DNA of 64,000 nucleotides from the NCBI GenBank assembly GCA_018816735.1, contig JAHIVH010000016.1, positions 9-64,008 of the forward strand. The letters run 5' to 3'. This DNA comes from Pseudomonadota bacterium. Lineage in GTDB: Bacteria; Desulfobacterota; Desulfobacteria; Desulfobacterales; JAHIVH01. The notes beneath the pieces are model-generated. The model made no database searches. It saw nothing but the letters and a program-made list of their open reading frames with translations, and was not told the origin of the DNA. The number at the start of each line of letters is the position of its first letter. The first letter of the stretch is position 1. Below, piece after piece: positions 54,870 to 64,000 of this stretch. Position numbers and translations under genes: made by a program.

Positions 54870-55087
54870 GAGTGAAGTTGGGGGAAGGGGAAAAGGATAG
54901 GTTTGCGATAAAACTGCCTGTTTCAAGAGTACCCTGTCTGCACCGCCTTTAAAATAGAGATTCCCACCCAGATAGCTGCATCAATACACGTTAATCAATC
55001 TGGGCGGGATTGCTATCATGGCATCCCACTTATACCTGCCAACCTGAATCTGCGGCATCCTTTCAAAAAAAAACGCTCATTTGTCTG

Positions 55088-55639
55088 TTATGGGGCTTTC
55101 GTCGCACTCATGGCCGCTTCAACACCTTTGCTGAAATCGGTCGGGACCGTCATCATTCGTGCGGCAAGCTCCCGGTCCAGCATCAATAACGCATGGGGAT
55201 CGTTATTGATGAGTTTGAGTTGAAGAATGATATCATTGTCATTCTCCTCTTCTTCCACCTGTTCGTTGACATACCACTGCAGGAAGATTTGCGAGGCATG
55301 ATCCTTATGCTTTATGGCCAGTTCCATCAGATCGTTGATCGATCGGGTGATAAACTGTTCGTGCGAAAGGGTCTGGGTGAACATGTCCATGGGGGATTTG
55401 AACTCCACCGGTGGTTCCTTAAGGGCCTTCAACCTTACCTGAGCGCCCTGGCGCTGAATGTACTCATAGAATTTCATGGCATGCACCATTTCCTCGTGAT
55501 ACTGGACCATGAACCAGTTGGCAAACCCTTTGAGGCCGATGGAACTGCTGTAGGCTGACATGGACATGTAGAGAAAGGCCGAATACATCTCCCGGTTGAT
55601 CTGTTCATTGATTGCGTTAACGATTTCATCTTTCAGCAT
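55088..55639 (-). CDS. ftnA: Non-heme ferritin
   Basis: NEQINREMYS, EEMVHA, LQWYVNEQVEEE. GGAGG precedes ATG 55639. Confidence 0.92.
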   Translation of the reverse strand: MLKDEIVNAINEQINREMYSAFLYMSMSAYSSSIGLKGFANWFMVQYHEEMVHAMKFYEYIQRQGAQVRLKALKEPPVEFKSPMDMFTQTLSHEQFITRSINDLMELAIKHKDHASQIFLQWYVNEQVEEEENDNDIILQLKLINNDPHALLMLDRELAARMMTVPTDFSKGVEAAMSATKAP

Positions 55640-55685
55640 AATAACCTCCATTTTTAGTGTTATAAGTTGTGTTTTGACTTCATAT

Positions 55686-55815
55686 TCATATTACATGGGG
55701 CACTACCAAGACAGGCACGGGCGCCTGTCGAAGGACCAGTTCCGTTGTTTTTCCCATCACTGTGTCTGCCAGGAATGGTTTGTGATTGGCACCCAGAATA
55801 ATGAGATTGACATCC
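55686..55815 (-). pseudogene. Universal stress protein C-terminal remnant
   Basis: Not in ORF track. Reads DVNLIILGANHKPFLADTVMGKTTELVLRQAPVPVLVVPHVI*. Confidence 0.78.
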
Positions 55816-56524
55816 AAAGGCCAATGCCAGAGGCGAGTTTTCCGATGGAATCTTTTGAGTGCACTAATTCCCGGAGTCCCAGCAAAAGCGTTGCTGCCAG
55901 AAGGGGAATGAGATAATAACTGCCGCGATAGGCCAGAAGAACGCCAATCATTTCCGTGGACGGTATGAACGGCGACATGAGCAGCAGCATCGCTGTTTCA
56001 AACACGCCGACACCTCCTGGAATCTGGCTGGCAATCCCTGCAATCTGGGCCAGGAGGAAAAGACCGAGAAATCCGGTCCAGGAAACCGGGGCTGTGTCTG
56101 GAAGCAAGACATACAGTATGCTGCCGGCAAGAGCCCAGTCCAGAATGGCGATTCCCAAAAGCATTCCCTGCAGGTTGACGGTTGGTCGCGAAAAATCCCA
56201 GTCACCTATCTTGAAACTTGTTTTGCCGATACGATTGAAAACGATGTCGGCTATGATAATGCCGATGCCGATCGCGCCAACCAGCCGCAGGGGATGATTT
56301 ACATATCGGACGCCTGCCGTATCATAAGCAGTCATGTTGAGATAATTCAGCATTGTCAATAGCAGGGCTGCCGCTACCTGCCCCATTGGAATTTGTCTGA
56401 TGCCCGCAAGGATGCCGGCCAAATGATAACTGGCCAGTTCCCGGCTAAGTATCCAGACAGCCAGGATGAACAGCGCAAGCCCGATAAACGGAATGATTCT
56501 TGACATGATTTTGGTGTGTATCAT
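55809..56524 (-). pseudogene. mprF: MprF (lysyl-PG flippase/synthase) N-terminal remnant
   Basis: SQIPGGVGVFE, LLAYRGSYYLIP. Apparent internal deletion at ~56290 and no synthase domain. Confidence 0.72.
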
Positions 56525-57082
56525 ATACCGCGATTACCTAAGAATTTATTGTTCGGGTGGTTTCAGAACGTTTTAGGTTGTTAAAGAATGCGATTATAAA
56601 CCAGATATTTAATCAATGGGCCACCAAAAATCAACACATATTTATTCAATCCATACGACAAGGAACGTATCGCGCTCAATTGGACAGATTGGCTTTGTGC
56701 TGTGAAACAGCCTGTGGGCTATTTGAGAATTAAAGACCAAGTGATTGCGCCGTATAGAGGGCGCTGCCAACCTGATGAGGATGTCCTGTTATTTTCCAGT
56801 GATGGGCGCTATGCGGCTGGTGGTCAATCAGATAGAACGAACCGGGTTTGTATTTATCAAAAAGATAAGGGTATACGATGAAACGTTCCGTTTTTGCAAG
56901 TTTGAGAGCCATGGCTACAGATGAACAGGCAAGCGCGCCGGTACCGCAGGATAGGGTTTCTTTGTTGATCGCTCTTTCAAAACACCTGTATCGGATAATG
57001 GATTGTGATGTATTGGGCGTGTTGACAATCTGTGCAAAAGTGAGATTCAGGCCTTTGGGGAAGAGATGTTTATAATCCTGAT

Positions 57083-60000
57083 GATGAGGGAAAGTCCATT
57101 GCCGATCTGTCGATCCTGCCGGAACATGAAAAAGATCTGATTCTAAACCGGTTTACCCGCGTGTCGACCCCATACCCCAAAGAAAAAAACCTGGTCCAAC
57201 TGGTGTGGGCTCAGGCGGAAAAAGCCCCGGATAATCCTGCGGTCATCACCGGGGACTCACGCGTTACCTACCGGGAATTGACCGAGCGGGCAGGATGTCT
57301 TTCTTATGCTCTTAAAGAAGAATTTCATGCCCGGCAAGGTGAGTATATCGTCGTGTTGATGGCCGACAGCGAAGCTCTTGTCCAGGCGATTATAGGCATT
57401 CTGGGAGCCGGATGCATATACGTCCCCCTTGATCTCTCTTTTCCTGAAAAAAGGGTCCGGCATGTGCTGGATGACACCCAATGTCGTATCATGGTTACAG
57501 ATACAGGTAATAAATCCGTTTTGGAAGACCAATATCCTGAGGTATCGGTTGTGGATGCCATGGATGTGAACGGCCGATCCGGGTTCAAAGGAGACGATTT
57601 GCCTGGTTTGAAACTTTCCGGTGGCGACATCGCCTATGTGATGTATACATCCGGCACCACCGGCAGACCCAAGGGAAGTCTTATCCGCCATCAGTCAATC
57701 TCAAGACTGGTTGTGAACACGAATTTTATTACCTTTCAGCCATCGGACAGCATATTGAAGACAGGAACCGTGGCCTTTGACGCCTCCACCTTTGAAATTT
57801 GGGGAGCCCTTTTAAATGGCGCGTCCTATTGTCTTCCGGAAGAAAAAACAATCCTCGATATCATTGCATTGAAAAAATGTATTCGAAAATGGGAGATCAC
57901 CATCTCCTTTTTCACCACCAGCCTTTTCAATACACTGGTTGACCTGGATGATGATCTGGACAGTGGGTTGTTCAGCGGCCTCAGGTATGTGGTGACCGGC
58001 GGGGAGAAAATATCACAGACCCATGCCAAACGATTTAAGGTGCGTTACCCGGATATTGCCTGTAAAAACCCGGTCCCAGGAAATAACCGGAGAAATCTGG
58101 TCCCAGCTTTTAAATGTGGATCATGTTGATATTGACGATGATTTTTTTAGCCTTGGCGGCCATTCTCTCAAGGCAACCCAGGCAGTATCCCGTGTGAACG
58201 AGACGTTCGGCATCCATTTTTCGGTGAAAACACTATTTGAGTATTCGGATCTGTTCTCTTTTTGCAGTCAGATTGACCAGGCCCTTAAGATGAAAGGCTG
58301 GCTGGATATCCGTGCGCTTGAAAAAGCCATTAATGAAATCGTGCGGCGTCATGAACCGTTGAGAACCTTTTTTATCAAGAAGGACAGAGCCCCGGTACAG
58401 AAAATCGCCCCCATGGCCCATATTCCGCTGAACGTTACCAATCTTGAAAAAAAGACTGATGAAGAAACACAGGAAGCACTTGCCATGGCGCTTGCAAAAG
58501 ACGCAGGAGAGATTTCTCCCTTACAAAATCGCCCTTGATCAGGGTGCATCTTTACCGGCTCGGGGATGCTACCCATCTTTTTTCCTGCGTGATTCATCAT
58601 ATTGTTGCAGACGGATGGTCGATTGGTGTTTTCGCAATGGAGCTGGGACGTTTGTACAACGCGTTTTCTTCAGGTCAAAAGAGTCCCTTGCCGGAGATAG
58701 CGATTCAATATAAGGATTTTGCCCACTGGCAGCGCGCCTATCTCTCAGGGGATGTCTTTGAAAAACAAAAAAATTACTGGCTTGAACGGTTAAAAAATTT
58801 TGAGACGCTGACGCTTCCCAAAGACAGGCCCCGGCCGGAAATCCCCACCTTTAAAGGGGGAAATGTTGGTATTGAGATCGATCCTGAATTGACGCGGTTG
58901 CTTTATAAGGCCAGGGAAAAAACAAATTGCTCCTTATTTATGCTTCTGATGAGTGCGTTTGCAGCCCTTCTGTCAAGGTATTCGGGACAGGATGATGTGG
59001 TGACCGGGACGGCTATTGCCAACCGTAACCGGAAAGATATTGAACCGCTTATCGGTTTTTTTGTCAATACCCTTATCCTCCGGTTTGATTTTTCAAAGGA
59101 AGTGACGGTTAAAGCGTTCATCGCCCAGGCAAGAGAGATAATTCTCGATGCCTACGCCAACCAGGATTTTCCTTTTGAAAAACTGGTGGAAGTGCTGGTG
59201 CCGGAGAGAGAACTTGGCGGTTACCCCATATCCCAGGTGAACCTGACATTTCAGAACATGCCGCTATCGATGCCGGAGATGAAGGCGTTGACCATAGAAG
59301 GCGTGAATCCGCAGGATCATACGGTCCGGTTTGATCTTGAGATTGATTTCTGGGAACAGGAAGATCGCATCCTGGGTCATTTCAGATACGCATCGGAACT
59401 GTTCAACCGGTCAACCATTGAAAGGATGGCCAGTCATTTTAAAGTACTTCTTTTCTCCATGCTTGAAAATCCGGATGCCCGCGTATCTGATCTGGCCATG
59501 CTGACCGAATCTGAAATAACATCACTCCATGCTTTGAGCGGCAATACTACTCCTGTAATCACAGAAAAAAAGTTGCTTCCCGAGTTATTCCGAAAACAGG
59601 CTCAACTGCATCCGAAAGCCATCGCCCTCATATGCGAAGACAGACAGATGACCTATGAAGAACTGGAGACCTATTCTAACCAGGTGGCTGCCTGTTTAAC
59701 ATCAAAAGGCGCAGGTCCCGGTAACCTGATCGGGTTGTGCATGAACCGCTCAATTGAAACCATGGCCTCATTAATCGGCATTTTTAAATCCGGGTCTGTT
59801 TATGTGCCTATCGATCCTGACTATCCTCAGGAACGGATTTCATATATCATAAAAGACGCCGGGCTCCGTACCATACTGACCCAGGATGCATGGGTCGCTG
59901 CCGGACTTTTTGAAGGCCATGACCTTGATATGATCTGCCGGGAACAGGTTGTGGGAAAAATCACGGATATGGATTTTTCTTCTGTTTCTCAGGAGAAAGG

Positions 60001-63000
60001 AGACGCTAACGACCCGGCCTATGTGATCTATACATCAGGCTCTACGGGAAATCCAAAAGGGATTCTGGTTTCAAAACAAAGCCTTTCACAGCATTGCCTG
60101 AATGCCGCAGGTTTTTACAGGATTACAGAAAAAGACAGGGTGCTTGAGTTTGCCTCCCTGAGTTTCGATCCTTCCCTGGAGCAGGTTTTTGTGACGCTCA
60201 TCAAGGGGGCGTCCCCTTGATGGCAGGCGGGCCTATGTCCTTGACAGGCATCATCATTTACTGCCCCATGGCATTCCCGGCGAATTGATTTTAGGGGGGG
60301 ACGGCGTGGCACTGGGCTACCTGAACCGGCCGGAACTGACAAGGACAAAATTTATTCAAAGCCCGTTTCCGGAAAAAGCCGCAGGCACGATGTACAAGAC
60401 CGGGGATCTCGTCCGATGGTTTGATGACGGGACGATCGCATTTTTAGGAAGAACCGACAATCAGGTAAAAGTCAGGGGATTCCGTATTGAACCTGAGGAA
60501 ATAGAATACTGCCTTGCCGGTCACCCGTTTGTCAAACAGGCGGTTGTTGCCGTAAAAAAGGATTCAACCGGACAGAATCAACTGGTTGGCTATATTGTTC
60601 CGGATCTGGAGGCAGCAACAGACAGAAACGAAAAAAAGGACTGTGAAACGTCCCTGCTGGACTGGCATCGCGCCATTCACAACCATTATACGGACATGGA
60701 TGTGGCAGAGCTGACTTTTAATATCAGCGGCTGGAACTCCAGTTATACGGGGCAGCCTATTCCTTCATCTGACATGCGCCAGTGGGCGGAAAGAACGGCA
60801 GAACAGATTATCGCCCTAAAGCCTGTGCATGTGCTTGAAATTGGGTGTGGCACGGGACTCATCCTGTCAAGAGTCGCCCCTGTATGCAAAAGCTATGTGG
60901 GGATTGATTTTTCAACGGCGGCCCTGGACTTCACCCGGCAGATGATCAACAAAACGAAAAATCTAAGTCATGTGCGTGTTCAGGAACAGGAGGCCAGGGA
61001 TTTCCGCGGTTTTGAGAAGGAAACCGTTGACACGATTATTATCAATTCCGTCATTCAGTATTTTCCGGATGCCGCCTATATTCTTGAGGTGATAAAAAAC
61101 GCCTTGATCGTTCTTAAACCCGGCGGAAAGATTTTTATTGGCGATGTCAGGAATTTAAAACTGCAAAAGGAATTCTATGTTTCGGTTGAACGGTTTAAAC
61201 GCGGGCCATCCGCTGATGTTAAAGATATTATCGCCGGAGTGAATCATGCAAAGGCAAACGAAGAAGAACTTTTTGTCGACCCGGATTTCTTTTATGACTT
61301 ACGGGCGAAATTTCCTGAAACCGGGCATATCGCCGTCAGACCCAAGCCAGGCCAGTATCGCAATGAAATGAGTCTCTACCGCTATGATGTGGTCATCTAT
61401 AAGCAGGCGGTTTTGCCCGGTGTCACGGTCAATAAAGGACCGGTTGAAACCATACACGAACTGGTTCGAATGATCCGTGAGCATCCGGGTATCCCGATCA
61501 AAATTGAATCGATCGCCAATGCCAGAAATCAAAAGGATCAATGGATGATGCAGCAATTGGAAAACCATATGGCCGGCGACAAGGCCGAATCGTTTTTAAA
61601 CGATCCGGATATATTCATACCCGCAGGCATTGAACCTGAAGATATCATCAAGGTTTGCCGTTCCTTGTCGGTAACACCTGAATTCTTCATTTCCGGGAAA
61701 TACCATTTTGACCTGATCGTTCAGCCTGAAAATGCACCGCTTGTGTTAACCGAAAAACGGTCAGATGACAGTATTGACCGTCCTGATAAAAAGGCTTCCC
61801 CGTTTACCAATCAGCCGGCCTTGGGTATTTTTATGAAAAAACTGGTTCCCGGTGTCAGGGCGTATCTTAGAAATCATCTGCCCGGCCACATGGTGCCATC
61901 ATTCCTCCTCGTGCTGGAATCGCTTCCTTTACTGCCCGGCGGCAAGATCGACAGAAAAGCATTGCCAGACCCCTTGTCCATGAATATGAGAATACAGGGA
62001 GGGAATATGTAGCGCCTGTCTCCCCCATTGAAAAGCAATTGGTCAATATCTGGCAGGATCTCCTTGGTGTTTCGAAAATAGGCGTTCATGATGATTTTTT
62101 TCTTTTAGGCGGGCAGTCATTGCTTGCCGTCAGCCTGATATCAAAAATAAACACGGAGATGAACAAGGATCTCCCGCTCTCTGTTTTATTTCAAAAATCA
62201 ACCATCCATGACCTGGCCGAATTGATTGAAAAGGAACAACGCCCCTGGTCACCGCTGACTGCTGTCAGAGAAAACGGCACACAAACGCCTTTGTTTTGTT
62301 TTTTCCCTGCAGGAGGAAATATCTACGCCTATTCGGATTTGGCAAATGCCCTTGACACGGATATACCGTTTTATGTGCTGCAGGCTGTGGGCCTTGAAAA
62401 AGGACAGACCCCGATAAACAGTGTTGAGAAGATGGCGGAATACTATATTGAATGGATCAAATCGGTTCAGCCTGAAGGGCCATTTCGATTATCCGGCTGG
62501 TCATTTGGCGGTCTTGTGGCGTTTGAAGCAGCCCGGCAGCTTAAATCACAGGGGTACAAAATTGATTTTTTGGCCCTGTTTGACAGCTCGGCTAAAAATT
62601 CACAGGAGATATTGAATTTGGATATGGAGAATAACGCCGCCTTTATGGCAGGGCTGTTCGCTGAATTTATAACCATTTTACCGGAAGAATTGCAGGGCAT
62701 GTCCGCAGAGGGTCAGATCCGGTTTGTCCTTGAAAAAGCGGTGAAACAGGGCTTTGTTTCTTCAGACCTGGATGTGGCGCAGGCCACCCGCCTTTTAAAT
62801 GTATATAAAAACAATGGCATGTCCGCTATCAATTACCGGGCCGGCGCATATGACGGAGAGATTCTGTTGTTCAAGCCTGAAGAGGAATCCTTGTCGGCAT
62901 TTCAATATACGGAACAAGATTCCCAGGGGTGGGAAGAAGTCACGTCCGACCTTAAAATTTACAAAGTCCCAGGCAAGCATGAAACCATGCTCATGGCAGG

Positions 63001-63052
63001 AAATGTCAAAAAGCTGGCCGGTATCCTGAATAATACCCTTTTAAAAAACTAA
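57083..63052 (+). pseudogene. Degraded non-ribosomal peptide synthetase: A'-PCP-C'-A'(nMT)-PCP-TE
   Basis: YTSGTTGRPKG, FFSLGGHSL, HHIVADG, YTSGSTGNPKG, YKTGD, VLEIGCGTG, GGQSL, GWSFGG. Broken by deletions at ~58060, ~58285, ~60212 and frameshifts at ~58510, ~62000. Confidence 0.88.
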
Positions 63053-63128
63053 GCAGTGCCTGAATGTTGAAGGGGCCGGGGGAGAAAAACCTCTGGCTAC
63101 CCGATTCGGCCCCCTGTCGCTTGTCATA

Positions 63129-63476
63129 TTATGCCGCATGCAACAGGAACTCAACTTTCACGGCTTCGTATGGAAAGACGATGCGTCCGTTTTCTGAGCG
63201 ATCAAGTATGCCAGCGTTTAGTAGTGCTGTAACATCACCGTGAACGGCCTTTACATCACGCCCAACACGTCGTGCTGTTTCGCGAATTGACACAGGGCCT
63301 GCTCCGCAGAGAATTTTAAGCAACTCCCAGCGTTTTGCAGTTAATACCCGCCAAAGTAATTCCGGTTTCGCAAAGCTTATGCGTGCGGATTTTTGTGATT
63401 TTCCTGTTTTCCATGCCCATGTGAACTCTGCCATTGATTCGGCAGGTGTTCGTACATCAAGAGTTAAAGTTTTCAT
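63129..63476 (-). CDS. HVO_A0114-like DNA-binding protein, TumA-type antitoxin
   Basis: LTAKRWELL..GPVSIRETARRVGRDVKAVHGDV HTH, overlapping the DUF6516 gene. Confidence 0.8.
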   Translation of the reverse strand: MKTLTLDVRTPAESMAEFTWAWKTGKSQKSARISFAKPELLWRVLTAKRWELLKILCGAGPVSIRETARRVGRDVKAVHGDVTALLNAGILDRSENGRIVFPYEAVKVEFLLHAA

Positions 63477-63753
63477 GGTTCCACCTCTCTATATCGTTCT
63501 GGAAGTCAGCGACCAACTGCTCCGGTGTCGTGAATGCGTAGTCACTTTCTTTTCCATCAAAATGCCGATGATCATCCTTCCCAGTCTCATTGTCATAGCG
63601 CAAAACGCATTCACCACGTACGATATACGCAAGCCTGTACTTGAACCCGTGTACAGACCCACACAGTGGTTTTGGGAGCCGCCACAATACCAATTCCGCA
63701 AATATCGATTCAGAATAGACGATACGTGTGCTAATGAGTTTAACAGCTTTCAT
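63457..63753 (-). CDS. DUF6516 / TumE-type toxin
   Basis: HGFKYRL, LRYDNETGKDDHRH, YAFTTPEQLVADF. Confidence 0.8.
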   Translation of the reverse strand: MKAVKLISTRIVYSESIFAELVLWRLPKPLCGSVHGFKYRLAYIVRGECVLRYDNETGKDDHRHFDGKESDYAFTTPEQLVADFQNDIERWNHENFNS

Positions 63754-63760
63754 GTTGGAA

Positions 63761-63789
63761 AATATAACAACAAACGTATCTGTTGTCAA
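63761..63789 (-). promoter_or_regulatory. Sigma-70 promoter of the TA pair with overlapping inverted repeat
   Basis: TTGACA-N17-TATATT. ACAACA-N8-TGTTGT overlaps the spacer. Confidence 0.78.
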
Positions 63790-63825
63790 TAACTCCAACA
63801 ACAAAAAGACAGGCGGCAATCACAG

Positions 63826-63924
63826 GCCGAACGTTGGCGTTCAGTGGCCGCCGAGCGAGGCCGAGCGGACAAGGGGAAAGGCTGAAAGCCGCCCCTTGCG
63901 GTTCGCTGTGACAACGGGTTGCGT
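63826..63924 (-). mobile_element. Integron attC recombination site
   Basis: Minus strand: R'' ACGCAAC, 5-nt spacer, L'' GTCACAGC ... L' ACTGAAC, 6-nt spacer, R' GTTCGGC. Imperfect 99-bp palindrome. Confidence 0.7.
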
Positions 63925-64000
63925 GCGCTTTTCTTCCAAAAATAATAGTAGGTTAAGCTGGTATTGCAAGAGGTTCTATTTTTGAAAGATCTATATAAAC

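Noticed and set aside
54953-55017. Imperfect inverted repeat (TTCCCACCCAGAT...ATCTGGGCGGGAT) as an ncRNA or attC
   Set aside because: No AAC/GTT core boxes. It lies between convergent genes and is probably terminator-like, too weak to call
63070-63116. GC hairpin after the NRPS as the TA cassette's attC
   Set aside because: Lacks R boxes and has a long unpaired loop. At best a terminator remnant
1-64000. tRNA, rRNA, CRISPR arrays, riboswitches
   Set aside because: None recognised by eye in the intergenic regions. Covariance-model searches were not possible

Overview
About 45% GC bacterial DNA whose gene content (selD-yedF, hybrid PAS kinases, CheB/CheR fusion, sigma-54 regulator) suggests an anaerobic deltaproteobacterium, probably Desulfobacterales (inference). 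The core from about 16.1 to 54.3 kb is intact: arginase plus ArgZ/AgrE-type ornithine cyclodeaminase, pepF, a full trpEGDCFBA operon with a WWW leader-peptide attenuator, ParA, ppdK and several two-component genes. The flanks (0-2.5, 10.5-16.1 and 54.4-63 kb) are strings of gene remnants joined at about 15 sharp deletion junctions, several with short sequences readable in both partner genes (microhomology), plus 1-bp frameshifts. These remnants include a transposase, a TPP enzyme, a radical SAM/SPASM protein, an acyl-CoA ligase, MtfA, HNOB, GGDEF, MprF, USP and a collapsed NRPS with an N-methyltransferase. Features missed by the ORF track: selD is a selenoprotein (in-frame UGA plus SECIS-like hairpin), the trp leader peptide, and an integron attC site preceding a probably leaderless TumE-TumA toxin-antitoxin pair. 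All family calls come from motif recognition by eye; no searches were run.
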